This document shows positions 16,510-29,018 of a DNA stretch of 32,000 bases, in pieces. Each line of letters begins with the position of its first letter. The stretch's first letter is position 1. This DNA comes from Aquifex aeolicus VF5 (GTDB taxonomy: Bacteria; Aquificota; Aquificia; Aquificales; Aquificaceae), in assembly GCF_000008625.1 (NCBI RefSeq), contig NC_000918.1:300001-332000 (forward strand), read 5' to 3'. The translations under genes were made by a program, and so were the position numbers. The notes beneath the pieces were generated by a model that had not been told where the DNA came from, did not search any database, and saw only the letters and a program-made list of their open reading frames with translations.

Positions 16510-19500
16510 ATGTTCAGAGCGGTTTTAAAGTACAGGCTTTTAGTTCTTATAGCCCTTGTAGGCACGGTTATATACGGTGTTTACAGTTTTAAAAAGCTCC
16601 CGATTGACGCTTTTCCGGATCCGACTCCCGTTCAGGTGAACATATACACGGAAGCTCCCGGACTTTCCGCGGAAGAAGTTGAAACGCTAATAACTATTCC
16701 CGTAGAGTCCGTGATGAACGGGATAAAAGACGTAGAACTTGTTAGGAGCGTCTCCCTTCCCGGACTCTCCTACGTTTCCGTTTACTTTAAAGAGGGAACG
16801 GACGTTTACTTTGCCAGAAGGCTCGTTATGGAAAAACTGCCCGACGCAAAGGAGAGAATTCCCGAAGGCTTTAACCCGGTCATGGGACCGAACTCAACGG
16901 GTCTCGGAAACGTTCTCGTGTACGTTCTGTACGACACGAGCGGTAAGTACACTCCTCAGGAATTAAAGTCCATATTCCAGCAGTGGGTAGCCCGTCCCCT
17001 GATAATGAGTGCTGGAGGAGTTGAAGAGATAGTGCAGTTCGGTCCAGAGCTCGCCTACGTGATAGTTCCGGACTTTGAAAAACTCATAGCTTACGGAATA
17101 ACTCTGGAAGATCTTCTGAATGCCCTTGAGAGGAACAACCTGCTCGTGGGCGGTGGCTTTTACCAATCCGCGGAAGGAGACCTCGTGGTAAGGGGACTCG
17201 GAAGGGTTTACTCCAAGGAGGACCTATTAAGAATTCCCGTAAAGGTAGACGAAGAAAAAGGGGTGAGCGTTTACCTGAGGGACGTGGCAAAGGTGGTAGA
17301 GGGAGAAGTTCCCAATAGAAGAGGGGCTTTCACGATGAACGGACAAGAAGTCCAGGGGAACATAGTCGTCAAGAGGATATACGAAAACACCAAGGAGGTT
17401 GTGGACAAGGTAAAGGAAAAACTAAAAGAAATACAGAAAATACTCCCAGAAGGTGTAAAGATTGAACACCTCTACGACCAGGCTTACCTCACGGAAAAGG
17501 CAGTGTCCACGATACAGAAGGCACTCTTCAGCGGTATGCTCCTCGTTGCTATTGTCACTGCCTTTCTCATGGGCAACTTCAGAACCTCACTCATAGTCAT
17601 TTCCTCCCTTCCCTTAACCCTGCTCATCGCCTTTATAGTTATGAAGGAAACGGGTATGAGCGGAAACTTAATGACTTTGGGAGGTTTGGCTATAGGTATT
17701 GGTATGTTCGTGGACTCCTCCGTCGTCGTTGTGGAAAACGTATACAGGCATCTCACGGAAAACAAAAGTGCCACTAAGTTTTCCATTATCCTTGACTCTT
17801 TAAAGGAAGTGTGGAGACCCGTTCTCTTTGCGGTCTTAATAATAGTCATAGTCTTTTCTCCTATATTCGTTTTTGAGTCGGTTGAAGGTAAGTTTTTCAA
17901 ACCTCTGGCTATGACCCTCATAATAGCCCTGCTCGCCTCACTTTTCGTAGCCTTCACATTCATACCCGCTCTCAGCTACTACTTCCTGAAACCCGGAAAA
18001 GAGACGTACAGTAAGTTGATGAGGGCAATACACAAGGTTTACGAGAAGGTTCTCGATTTTACCTTCAAACTGCGCACACTCCTCTACTTGGGCGTATTCA
18101 TCTCCTTTGTATTCAGTCTCTTTTTGCTCACGAGAATAGGAACGGAGTTCGCTCCTGAGCTTGAAGAGGGGGCGGTGATAGTGAAGGCTTTCCTGGACCC
18201 AAACGTTTCCCTGGAAGAGGGGAAAAGGGTTGCCACCGCGATAGAAAGGGAAGCTATGAAATTCCCGGAAGTTATAAGAACGTTCTCTACAGTCGGAAGG
18301 GCTGAAAAAGGTGAAGCCGCTGACGTGAATTACATAGAAACGTGGATACTCCTTAAACCTCAAAGTGAGTGGGAAACTTTCAAAACGAGAGAGGAGTTTA
18401 ACGAAATCCTCAGGAAGAGGCTTGAGTGGCTTCCCGCTTCTTTAGGCTTTACGCAACCGATAAAAATGAGGATAGACGAACTCCTTTCGGGTGTAAGGGC
18501 GGATATAGCTATAAAGATATTCGGTCAGGACCCGGAAGTTCTGAACGAGCTCGCGGACAAGGTAAAGGAAATCGCTGAAAGCGTCCCCGGTGCGGTTGAC
18601 GTCCAAAAAGAAATACAGGCCGGAAGGCTTCAACTCAGGATTTACCCTAAGTGGGAAGTTCTTGAAAGGTATGGAATTACCGTTGAAGAAGTTCTTGACG
18701 TAGTTAAGTACAACTTGGGCGGAGCACCCGTTGGAGAGCTTCAAAAGGATACCCTTCTCTTTCCGATAGTTATGACCCTTCCCGAAGACTTTAGAGGAGA
18801 TGTAAGTAAACTTGCGAAAATTCCCCTCTTTGAAAGACACGGCAAAATCCTCACATTTGGAGACGTTGCAGATTTAAAGGTAGAGCCCGGACTTTTTGTA
18901 ATAAGGAGGGAGAACAATATAAGGTTCGCTCTCGTAATGCTCAACGTAGAGGGCAGGGACACGGGAAGTTTCGTAAAGGAACTCCAGAGCAGGATAGAAA
19001 ATGAAGTCAAACTACCTACGGGATACTTCATAACTTACGGCGGTCAGTTTGAAAACCAGCAGAGGGCTATGAAAAAACTCTCAATAGCTGTTCCCGTATC
19101 CATCTTCCTTATATTCGTAATGCTGTATCTCAACTTCAACTCTGTAAGAGACGCTCTCGTTGTTATGCTGAACGTGCCATTTGCGGTAATAGGGGGAATA
19201 ATAGCACTCTACATCTCTGGATTTAACCTATCTGTTCCTTCCGCAATAGGATTTATAGCCATATTCGGTGTGGCGACTTTAAACGGTGTGGTTCTCGTGA
19301 GTTATATAAGACAACTGCTTCAGGAAGAACTCGAGATCAGAGAAGCGGTAAAAAGGGCTGCAATACTCCGTATAAGACCCATACTCATCACCGCCATAAC
19401 TACATTGATAGGACTCATTCCTTTACTCGTTATAAGAGACATAGGTTCAGAAGTTCAAAGACCCTTGGCAACAGTAGTTGTGGGCGGGATATTCACATCT

Positions 19501-19569
19501 ACTCTACTCACCCTTATAATTCTTCCTTCTGTTTACGAGCTCGTTTACAGGAAATTTCCGAGAGCATAG
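16510..19569 (+). CDS. RND-family heavy-metal efflux pump (CusA/CzcA-like inner membrane transporter)
   Basis: 1019 aa with a 12-TM RND layout. TM4 motif GLAIGIGMFVDSSVVVVEN resembles the HME-RND signature. Confidence 0.9.
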   Translation: MFRAVLKYRLLVLIALVGTVIYGVYSFKKLPIDAFPDPTPVQVNIYTEAPGLSAEEVETLITIPVESVMNGIKDVELVRSVSLPGLSYVSVYFKEGTDVYFARRLVMEKLPDAKERIPEGFNPVMGPNSTGLGNVLVYVLYDTSGKYTPQELKSIFQQWVARPLIMSAGGVEEIVQFGPELAYVIVPDFEKLIAYGITLEDLLNALERNNLLVGGGFYQSAEGDLVVRGLGRVYSKEDLLRIPVKVDEEKGVSVYLRDVAKVVEGEVPNRRGAFTMNGQEVQGNIVVKRIYENTKEVVDKVKEKLKEIQKILPEGVKIEHLYDQAYLTEKAVSTIQKALFSGMLLVAIVTAFLMGNFRTSLIVISSLPLTLLIAFIVMKETGMSGNLMTLGGLAIGIGMFVDSSVVVVENVYRHLTENKSATKFSIILDSLKEVWRPVLFAVLIIVIVFSPIFVFESVEGKFFKPLAMTLIIALLASLFVAFTFIPALSYYFLKPGKETYSKLMRAIHKVYEKVLDFTFKLRTLLYLGVFISFVFSLFLLTRIGTEFAPELEEGAVIVKAFLDPNVSLEEGKRVATAIEREAMKFPEVIRTFSTVGRAEKGEAADVNYIETWILLKPQSEWETFKTREEFNEILRKRLEWLPASLGFTQPIKMRIDELLSGVRADIAIKIFGQDPEVLNELADKVKEIAESVPGAVDVQKEIQAGRLQLRIYPKWEVLERYGITVEEVLDVVKYNLGGAPVGELQKDTLLFPIVMTLPEDFRGDVSKLAKIPLFERHGKILTFGDVADLKVEPGLFVIRRENNIRFALVMLNVEGRDTGSFVKELQSRIENEVKLPTGYFITYGGQFENQQRAMKKLSIAVPVSIFLIFVMLYLNFNSVRDALVVMLNVPFAVIGGIIALYISGFNLSVPSAIGFIAIFGVATLNGVVLVSYIRQLLQEELEIREAVKRAAILRIRPILITAITTLIGLIPLLVIRDIGSEVQRPLATVVVGGIFTSTLLTLIILPSVYELVYRKFPRA

Positions 19570-19585
19570 GTAGGAGGTAAAGGCG

Positions 19586-20233
19586 GTGAAGGAAGAAAGG
19601 GAGAAGAAAGAGGAAGTTTTTGAAGAGGAAGAGTTCGGAGAGCTCCTGAAATACACACTTGCAGGTTATGCGGGTGGTCTTGGGCTCGGGTGGCTTCTTG
19701 ACAAACTTGGTTTTCAGCAAAATCCCATAGGCGAGTGGCTCGTGAGAACCCTGGCGGGCGAAGGGGAGAGCATTCTGGAGGGTATATTCGCCGTAAAGAA
19801 AAGGTTAACCGGTGCGGTCTCTTCCCTCGCTCAGGCTTACGGATGGGGAAAGCTCATAGGTATGACGGTCCCGTGGTGGATAGACCTCTTTAGCAGACTG
19901 CTCGGAGTTAACGTTTACGGTTGGGAGGGCTTTTACATACCCTATTTTTACGCCATGAGCGACCAGATAGGGGCAAACGTCTCTGGCTTTATCTATCTAT
20001 ATAAGAAGGAGGGAAACTTTTCTAAAGCCGTGAAACGCTACTTTACGAACCCCGTAATGCTAACCAGCCTTCTGGTAATACTCCTCGTCCCGATAGGACT
20101 GCTCGTAGCCAGACTTCTTGGCTTTTCTCCTACTACGAACTTCTACGCGGCCCTCGAAACTGTGGCGGCGAACCTCTGCTGGCTCCCTCCCTTGGTGGGA
20201 ATGCTTGTGGAAAAGAAAAAAGGTTCAGATTAA
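19586..20233 (+). CDS. Hypothetical membrane protein with an acidic N-terminus
   Basis: It follows the RND pump after 16 nt with AGGAGG upstream of a GTG start. It has several hydrophobic segments and no motif I recognise. Confidence 0.5.
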
Positions 20234-21457
20234 AACCCTCACGAGCTTTCCCACTTCTTTGTACCCTTCCCTTTTTATATCTATGTAATTTTCCGTAAGG
20301 AGTCTGTTTTCCTCTATCACAAGAGCCCTCAGCTCTTTTCCCTTATTCTTCTCGTAAAACTCCTGCCTCTTTTTCTGGTCTAGTTCCTTTAGTATCCTTA
20401 CCCTTTCCTTTTTAATCCTTTCGGGTAATTTCGGTTTTAGCTTGCTCGCTTTAGTAAAGGGTCTGTCCGAGTAAGGGAATATGTGCATGTAGGATATGGG
20501 AATTCTTTTTAAGAATTCGTAAGTCTCTTGAAAGTCCTCCTCGCTTTCCGTGGGAAAGCCTACTATAACGTCTGTCCCTATTGAGGAGATGGGTCTGTTT
20601 TCCACTATGAAGTTGACAACTTCCTCGTACTCTTCCCTCGTGTAGCCCCTGTCCATAAGTTCAAGAATTCTGTTTGAACCGCTCTGGAGGGAGAGGTGAA
20701 AGTGTGGTGCTATCTTTTCTTCCGAAACTATGAGCTTTAAAAGCTCTTTATCCATCTCCTTGATGTGCATGGAGGAAAGTCTTATAAGTTCTATGCCTTC
20801 AATCTTTATAAGTTCTGTGAGGAGAGTGTAGAGGTTGTAGCCCTTGTCCCAGCCGTATTGAGAGAGTTGTGTTCCCGTTAAAACCACTTCCTTAAAGCCC
20901 TTTTGTGCGAGGAGCTTTACCTGATGGACTATTTTTTCTAAATCAACGCTCCGTACTTTTCCCCTTGCGTAGGGAATTACGCAAAAAGTGCAGAACTTAT
21001 TACAACCCTCCTGAACCTTTAAAAAGGGCCTTACCCCTTCAAAGTAAAGAACCGTGTCAAAGTTCCTGACTTCCTTCTCCCTGAAGATTTCCCCTACGAC
21101 TACCTTCTTTTCCCTTCTTTCAAGATACTCCTCAAGGATTTTTAAGAGCTCTGACTTGTGCGTGTTTCCGACGACGAGGTCAACTTCCTTTAGCTTTGCA
21201 AGCTCCTGGGGGTTTACCTGAGCGTAACAGCCAGTTGCAACTACAATCGCCTTTGGATTTCTCCTCTTTGCCTGATATATGGCCTGTCTTGAGGAGCGGT
21301 CCCCTCCCACTGTTACCGTGCACGTGTTTATAACGTAAACGTCAGCCATATCTTCAAATGAAACTACTTCGTATCCTTTTTGTATGAACTTGTTCTTAAG
21401 GAGGTCCGTGTCAAACTGGTTCATTCTGCAACCGAGAGTTTCAAAGGCGACTTTCAT
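20225..21457 (-). CDS. mtaB: Radical SAM methylthiotransferase (MiaB/MtaB family)
   Basis: N-terminal UPF0004 Cys triad ([21 protein letters not shown]) and radical SAM motif [12 protein letters not shown]. The MtaB versus MiaB/RimO assignment is tentative. Confidence 0.75.
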
Positions 21458-21493
21458 AAGGAATATAAATTATAATTCTCGTAGGGAGAGGTT

Positions 21494-21715
21494 ATGAAAG
21501 AAACCAGAATAATAAAGTACATAAAGAGTCTCATAAGGAATCACAAGTACCTCACAACTGAGGACATAATGCTACTCCTCGAAAAGTACTACAAACTTCC
21601 CATAAACGTCCCGTCCGTTTACTACAAGTACAAGAAGATAATAAGGGAGTGCAGGCAAGAGGTTTACAAGGAGAGGAGGAGGGCTAAGTATAAAAGACGT
21701 GAAGGTGGAGATTGA
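21494..21715 (+). CDS. Hypothetical small basic protein (73 aa)
   Basis: Lys/Arg/Tyr-rich with a basic tail KERRRAKYKRREGGD. GGAGAGG sits 4 nt upstream of the ATG. No family recognised. Confidence 0.4.
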   Translation: MKETRIIKYIKSLIRNHKYLTTEDIMLLLEKYYKLPINVPSVYYKYKKIIRECRQEVYKERRRAKYKRREGGD

Positions 21716-22118
21716 ACTTATCCCTTAACCTCTTTGCAACGTCGAGCATAAAGTCAACAGCCTTTTGCTTTTCATCAAAAAATCCTATCCTGAACCTGTC
21801 GAAAGAAACTCCGAAGGGTCTGCTGGGGTCATTGGGGTTTTTGAACTTTGGTTTGTTGTACTCGTATATGTCCGCCCACAGGTTCATGGGACTTATCAGA
21901 ACCACATAGCCCCTTCCTTCCATCTGCTCGCTCAGGTTCTCCTTCACTCTTTTGAAGACTTTAACGTCCTCCGCGTCAAAGAGTTCCTCCTTGCAGAACT
22001 CCTTTAAGGGAGTGCCGTAGAAGTTTAGCTTCTCATCTGCCTCAAGTATGTAAAGGTCTATTCCCTTTTCCTTAGCCTCTTCGCAAAGTGCCTGAAGTAC
22101 TTTCCCCCACGCTTTCAT
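21684..22118 (-). CDS. Hypothetical protein (144 aa)
   Basis: Clean ORF with host-like composition. Its 3' end overlaps the convergent 73-aa ORF by 32 nt. No motif recognised. Confidence 0.5.
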   Translation of the reverse strand: MKAWGKVLQALCEEAKEKGIDLYILEADEKLNFYGTPLKEFCKEELFDAEDVKVFKRVKENLSEQMEGRGYVVLISPMNLWADIYEYNKPKFKNPNDPSRPFGVSFDRFRIGFFDEKQKAVDFMLDVAKRLRDKFNLHLHVFYT

Positions 22119-22200
22119 AGAAAAGATTATACACTTATGATTTAAACAGCTTGCCTTATATTTTTATTAGCATATTCTTAATTAATCTTGGAGGAGCCGA

Positions 22201-22575
22201 ATGCTGAGGGAAATGCTCAAGTCCAAAATACACAGGTTAACGGTAACGGATGCGGATCTTCATTACGAGGGAAGTCTGTCCTTAGACGAGTATTTAATGG
22301 AGCTTGCGGACTTAAAGCCCTTCGAAAAGATAGACGTTTACAACATTAACAACGGTGCGAGGTTTCAGACTTACGTTATCCCCGCCCCGAGGTATTCGGG
22401 AGAGGTTAAGTTAAACGGTGCGGCCGCAAGACTCGGGCACAAAGGCGACCTTATAATAATCGCCTCTTACGCCCAGTACACGGAGGAGGAGCTAGAGAAC
22501 TACGCTCCCAAGCTCATTTTCGTTAACGAGAAGAACCAGCCTGTTGAAGTAAAAGAAAGTACGGAGGTGAAGTGA
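22201..22575 (+). CDS. panD: Aspartate 1-decarboxylase proenzyme
   Basis: [25 protein letters not shown] with the Gly-Ser self-processing site. GGAGGAG RBS. Confidence 0.95.
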
Positions 22576-22576
22576 G

Positions 22577-22909
22577 ATGTTTATGAACGTTCCGGAAGTT
22601 ACACCAGAAGAAGCTAAGAAGATGCTTGAGGAAGAAAAGGATAAAGTTGTACTTTTAGACGTTAGAACTCCGCCCGAACATTTTCAGGTGAGAATTCCAA
22701 ACTCTATGTTAATCCCTTTAGACGAGCTCAGGTACGCCTTCCAGAACCTGCCCAAAGATAAGAAGTACATAGTCTACTGCAGGATCGGAGAGAGAAGTGC
22801 ATTTGCAACCTACTTCTTGAGACAGATGGGATACGAAGCTTACAACCTTGCTGGCGGAATACTTATATGGCCCTATGAAAAGGAAAGCGGAGCACCTGCT
22901 AAATCTTAA
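22577..22909 (+). CDS. Single-domain rhodanese (sulfurtransferase)
   Basis: VLLDVRTPPEH...YIVYCRIGERS active-site loop (CRxGxRS). It starts 2 nt after the panD stop. Confidence 0.85.
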   Translation: MFMNVPEVTPEEAKKMLEEEKDKVVLLDVRTPPEHFQVRIPNSMLIPLDELRYAFQNLPKDKKYIVYCRIGERSAFATYFLRQMGYEAYNLAGGILIWPYEKESGAPAKS

Positions 22910-24134
22910 TTATCCTCTCCGCCTTTTCCTTTGCTTCCTTGGCTACTATTACTAAGTCTATTTCCGGAATTCCCAGTTCCTGTGAAAGTTGCTGAGCGGT
23001 TTTATCGAGCTCTTCGGGGGATGAGTTTACAGCCTCTTCAAGTCTAGACACAACTTCTAGCAACTTGTGAAGAGAAGAGCCTTTATCCTCAAAAGCCTTT
23101 ACAACTTCCTCGTCTACGTTCAGTTCCCTTAAGAAGGTGGGTATATCCACTTCGAGTATTTTATCGAGCAGGGAAAAGAGACCTACCAGGAAAGCCTTTT
23201 CGGAAACTTCGGGAGAGTACCTGTTTGTCAACTCCTCTGCTATGAATGCCCTCGTTAAGGACTTCCTCCAGAGTTCCGGGTTTTCCACCTTCAGGAACTC
23301 GTTCATACTGACAAGAATCACGAACTTCTTTATGTTTTCCATTCCCACAAAGGAAACCGCGTGCTCTAAACTCTCTATCTTTTTTCTGCGGGCAAAGTAA
23401 GCGGAGTTTACAAACTGGAGGAACTTTACCGCGAGACCTACATCCGTTTCTATTATGTCTGCTATCTCCTTAAGACTCCTCGCGATACTTATTGCGTTGA
23501 GCAGTCTAAGGAGAGTTACCTTTAAAAACGGGGCCAACTTTGTCCTTTTAACTATTTCCGGCTTTGCAAAGTAAAAACCCTGAAAGTAATCCGCTCCGTA
23601 CTCCAGCGCCTTTTTATACTCTTCTTCTTTCTCAATCATAGAAACAAGAACTTTCTTTCCGTATCTTTTTGCACTTCTTATTTTATCTGGCGTTACGCTT
23701 TTAAAGTAAAACTCAACGATGTCCGACAGGTTTATCAATTCCTTATGCTCACTCGAGTAGAGTCTTTCGTTTAGTATGAAACTGACGCCTTTTCCCTTAT
23801 AGTCCTTTAGTTTTTGAAGAACCTTTTGCTTGAGTGTTTCTCCCAGAGGGACTTCTGGAGGGTTCAGGTCAAAAATAACTTTATCTGGAGGAAGAAGTTC
23901 AAGAGACTTGTTTAAAATCGCCTCTAAAGAGACGTTTATTACTGCCTTTTTGCCGTTCGCCAGCTTTTCAATACCGCTCTCCACGAGAATGTCAGTAATT
24001 ATGTAAACAGCGCGGGAAAAGGGGACGTCCTCGGGGTATTTTTCTTCGTCACCTTCCCTTCTCAAGAAAAACTCGTAGGCGAATACCTCTCCGTTTCTAT
24101 CAAAGATCGGTTGCCTTGCCACTACGAAGCTCAT
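22899..24134 (-). CDS. EAL-like plus HDOD domain signalling protein (EAL motifs appear degenerate)
   Basis: The N-terminus [21 protein letters not shown] and [10 protein letters not shown] bracket an EAL-type domain. The C-terminal half ([12 protein letters not shown]...[15 protein letters not shown]) is HDOD-like. Confidence 0.7.
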   Translation of the reverse strand: MSFVVARQPIFDRNGEVFAYEFFLRREGDEEKYPEDVPFSRAVYIITDILVESGIEKLANGKKAVINVSLEAILNKSLELLPPDKVIFDLNPPEVPLGETLKQKVLQKLKDYKGKGVSFILNERLYSSEHKELINLSDIVEFYFKSVTPDKIRSAKRYGKKVLVSMIEKEEEYKKALEYGADYFQGFYFAKPEIVKRTKLAPFLKVTLLRLLNAISIARSLKEIADIIETDVGLAVKFLQFVNSAYFARRKKIESLEHAVSFVGMENIKKFVILVSMNEFLKVENPELWRKSLTRAFIAEELTNRYSPEVSEKAFLVGLFSLLDKILEVDIPTFLRELNVDEEVVKAFEDKGSSLHKLLEVVSRLEEAVNSSPEELDKTAQQLSQELGIPEIDLVIVAKEAKEKAERIIKI

Positions 24135-25386
24135 CTATTCTCCTCTTGAGTTCCGGATATAAAGGAAAAGTTTCACACAGCTCTCTTACTTCCTGCCTTA
24201 CTCTCTGTATGGTCTTCTCGTCGTCCATGTTTGAAAGTACTTCATTTATCCAGCCTGCTATCTTTCTCATTTCGTCTTCCTTCATCCCCCTCGTTGTGAG
24301 TGCAGCCGTTCCTATCCTTATCCCGCTAGTCTTTGTAGGCGGTAGAGGGTCAAAAGGCACCGCGTTTTTGTTTACCGTTATTCCAGCCTTTTCCAGAGCC
24401 TTTTCCGCGTCTTTTCCGATAATGTTTTTATTCCTGAGGTCAACGAGGACTATGTGAGAGTCCGTTCCTCCCGTGACTATCTTAAACCCGTACTTTTTCA
24501 GTTCTTCGGCGAGAACCCTTGCGTTTTCTACAACCTGTTTTGCGTACTCCTTGAACTCTTCGCTCATAGCCTCTTTAAAAGCTACAGCCTTTGCCGCTAT
24601 AACGTGCATTAATGGACCACCTTGAATTCCGGGAAAGACGCTCTTGTCTACGGCTTTTGCGTATTCCTTTGTAGTTAGGATAAAACCGCTCCTTGGTCCC
24701 CTGAGAGTTTTATGGGTCGTTGAGGTCACAAACTGGGCGTAAGGGACGGGATTGGGGTAAACGCCTCCCGCTATGAGACCAGCGTAGTGTGCCATGTCGA
24801 CCATAAAGAGGGCACCCACTTCGTCCGCTATTTCCCTCATCTTTGCCCAGTCAAACACGCGTGGATAGGCCGAGGCTCCTCCCACTATTAACTTCGGTTT
24901 GTGCTCCTTTGCCAGTTTGTACAACTGGTCGTAATCTATGAGCTCCGTTTCCGGATTTACACCGTAGTGGATTACGTTGTAGAGTTTCCCGCTGAAGTTT
25001 ACCTTGGCTCCGTGGGTTAGATGTCCTCCGTGGGCCAAATCCATTCCCATTATGGTGTCACCGGGGTTTAGAACGGCAAAGTACACCGCCATGTTCGCCT
25101 GAGAACCCGAGTGGGGCTGAACGTTTGCGTGCTCCGCTCCGAAGAGTTTTTTTGCTCTTTCTATGGCGAGATTTTCAACTACATCTACGTACTCACAGCC
25201 TCCGTAATACCTCTTTCCCGGAAGTCCTTCCGCGTACTTGTTCGTGAGGACGCTTCCCGTCGCTTCCATTACCGCGAGGGAAGTGAAGTTCTCTGAGGCT
25301 ATCATTTCCAGGTTATAAAACTGCCTTTCGTACTCCTTTACAACAGCGTCAAAAACCTCGGGGTCCGTTTTCAGAAGGTGTTCCAT
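24100..25386 (-). CDS. glyA: Serine hydroxymethyltransferase
   Basis: [15 protein letters not shown] and the PLP-lysine motif [14 protein letters not shown]. Confidence 0.95.
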   Translation of the reverse strand: MEHLLKTDPEVFDAVVKEYERQFYNLEMIASENFTSLAVMEATGSVLTNKYAEGLPGKRYYGGCEYVDVVENLAIERAKKLFGAEHANVQPHSGSQANMAVYFAVLNPGDTIMGMDLAHGGHLTHGAKVNFSGKLYNVIHYGVNPETELIDYDQLYKLAKEHKPKLIVGGASAYPRVFDWAKMREIADEVGALFMVDMAHYAGLIAGGVYPNPVPYAQFVTSTTHKTLRGPRSGFILTTKEYAKAVDKSVFPGIQGGPLMHVIAAKAVAFKEAMSEEFKEYAKQVVENARVLAEELKKYGFKIVTGGTDSHIVLVDLRNKNIIGKDAEKALEKAGITVNKNAVPFDPLPPTKTSGIRIGTAALTTRGMKEDEMRKIAGWINEVLSNMDDEKTIQRVRQEVRELCETFPLYPELKRRIDELRSGKATDL

Positions 25387-25394
25387 TTTGAAAA

Positions 25395-26377
25395 TTATAA
25401 CTTAAACTCTCCCGAAAGCCTTTTCCTGACCCTCGGGTCTATGTAGGCAAGAAGCAGGTCCGCTATCAAGTTTCCCACAAGGAGCATTATAGTCCCTATG
25501 TAAAGCCCTCCCATTACCAGGAAAAGATCCTGCGAGAGAACGGCGTTCAGCATTAGCATACCCATCCCGGGCCAACCGACTATTATCTCAATGAGAGCAG
25601 CTCCGGAGATTAAGCTCGCTATCTCGTAGCCAAGAAGCGTGGTGAACGGGTTCATGGCGTTTTTCAGAACGTGCCTCACAAGCGTAAAAGTCCCCACTCC
25701 CTTTGCCTTTAGCATAGTTACCATAGGGGAGCTCAGAATTTCCAGAACGGAGCTCCTCACAAGCCTCGTCAAACTCGCAAGGGAGACGAGTCCCAAGGTA
25801 AGGGAGGGAATAATTAAGTGCTTTAAGATGTCCAGAACTTTTTCTGGTATGGACAGCTGTTCAAAATTTGGACTCTGCATCCCTCCCACGGGAAGAATTC
25901 CTGTCTTTGAGGCGAAAAACAAAAGCAAAAATGCGAGAAAGAAGGAAGGCACGGACATAAAGGTGTAGGAAAACCCTACGACGAACCTGTCAAAAAGGGA
26001 ATTTTCTTTAAAGGCTGCGAGGGTTCCGAGCGGAATTGAAAGTAGCCACGCAAAGAGTGCAGAACTCACCGAAAGGAGAAGGGTGTTCGGAATCCTCTCC
26101 AAAATAAGTTCCGCTACGGGGGCGTGGTACTGAAAAGAATAACCGAGATCAAAAAAGAGGGCATTTTTTAGCCACAGGAAGTACTGAACCAAAAGGGGTT
26201 TGTCCAATCCGTAAAGGTGTTTTAGTCTTTCAATAGTTTCGGGAGAGATTTGCGGATTCAATCTGAGCTGATCCAGATAATCCCCCGGAGCGAGCTTTAT
26301 TATCAGGAAAGAGAGAAATGTTACCCCGAGGAGAGTCGGAATAGCCTGCAGAACTCTGAATAAAATAAACTTAAACA

Positions 26378-26378
<1 letters not shown>
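25395..26378 (-). CDS. ABC transporter permease, Dpp/Opp (binding-protein-dependent) family. It is an orphan here, with no ATPase or binding-protein gene nearby.
   Basis: N-terminus [30 protein letters not shown] and a C-terminal IDPRVR motif typical of DppB/OppB. Confidence 0.8.
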
Positions 26379-28329
<1,951 letters not shown>

Positions 28330-28340
<11 letters not shown>

Positions 28341-28974
28341 GAACCTCTCCCACTCTTCCAACGAGTTCTTCTGAGGGTTTTAGTGTCTTCTTACCGGGTT
28401 CCCACTTAGCGGGGCACGCTTCTTCAGGATGGGACATGAGGTAAACGTTAGCCTTCATCTTTCTAACGAGTTCGTCCGCATTTCTTCCCACGTTGTAGAA
28501 GTTAACTTCGCTTCCCACGAGTACGCCTTCGGGATTGATTATGAAAGTTCCCCTGAGTGCGAGTCCTGTGTTTTCGTCGTAAACTCCAAAGAGTCTGGAA
28601 ACCTGTCCCGTGGGGTCAGCTCCCATTGGGTACTTTACGTTCTTGAGAAGGGGTTCGTCCCTGTGCCATGCGAGGTGGACGAACTTGGTATCCGTGGAAA
28701 CGGATATAACTTCGCATCCCATTTCCTTCAGTTCATCGTACTTTTCAGCAAGGTCTGCGAGTTCCGTGGGACATACGAAGGTGTAGTCCGCGGGATAGAA
28801 GAAGAGTATTACCCACTTCCTTTCTTTAAGAAGGTCCTCAAGAACTACCTTTCCGAACTTGCCGGTGGAGGGGTCGTAAGTTTCCATTTCAAAGTTGGGT
28901 ACTTTTTGACCCACCCTTACGGGGCAATCAGTTATAATTTTCTTAGCGATTTCCTTGACGTCCATGCCTTTCAC
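28330..28974 (-). CDS. ahpC: Typical 2-Cys peroxiredoxin (AhpC/Prx1 type). The likely true start is ATG at 28965.
   Basis: FFYPADYTFVCPTEL (peroxidatic Cys) and EEACPAKW (resolving Cys). GGAGG is 8 nt upstream of ATG 28965 but directly abuts GTG 28974. Confidence 0.9.
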
Positions 28975-28981
28975 CTCCTTT

Positions 28982-29001
28982 TGAGAAATTTTTTCAATTA
29001 A
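28982..29001 (-). promoter_or_regulatory. Shared 20-nt element, copy 1 (plus strand TGAGAAATTTTTTCAATTAA), upstream of ahpC
   Basis: 19/20 identical to 29565..29584. It lies 17-36 nt upstream of ATG 28965 and 2 nt downstream of a perfect TATAAT (minus strand, 29009..29004). Confidence 0.5.
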
Positions 29002-29018
29002 ATATTATACACAAAATC

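Noticed and set aside
19586-19650. Purine-rich run (GAAGGAAGAAAGGGAGAAGAAAGAGGAAG...) as a possible repeat or regulatory tract
   Set aside because: It is in frame and encodes the acidic/lysine-rich N-terminus ([16 protein letters not shown]) of the 215-aa membrane protein. It is not a periodic repeat.
21494-22118. Toxin-antitoxin interpretation of the 73-aa / 144-aa pair
   Set aside because: The genes are convergent, not co-directional in an operon, and neither shows a known toxin or antitoxin motif.
28982-28996. The shared TGAGAAATTTTTTCA element as an intrinsic terminator or RNA hairpin
   Set aside because: As RNA it could form only about 5 mostly A-U pairs with a mismatch and a 3-nt loop, and no GC stem precedes the T-run. 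That is not credible as a terminator, especially in a hyperthermophile. A DNA-level protein-binding site fits better.
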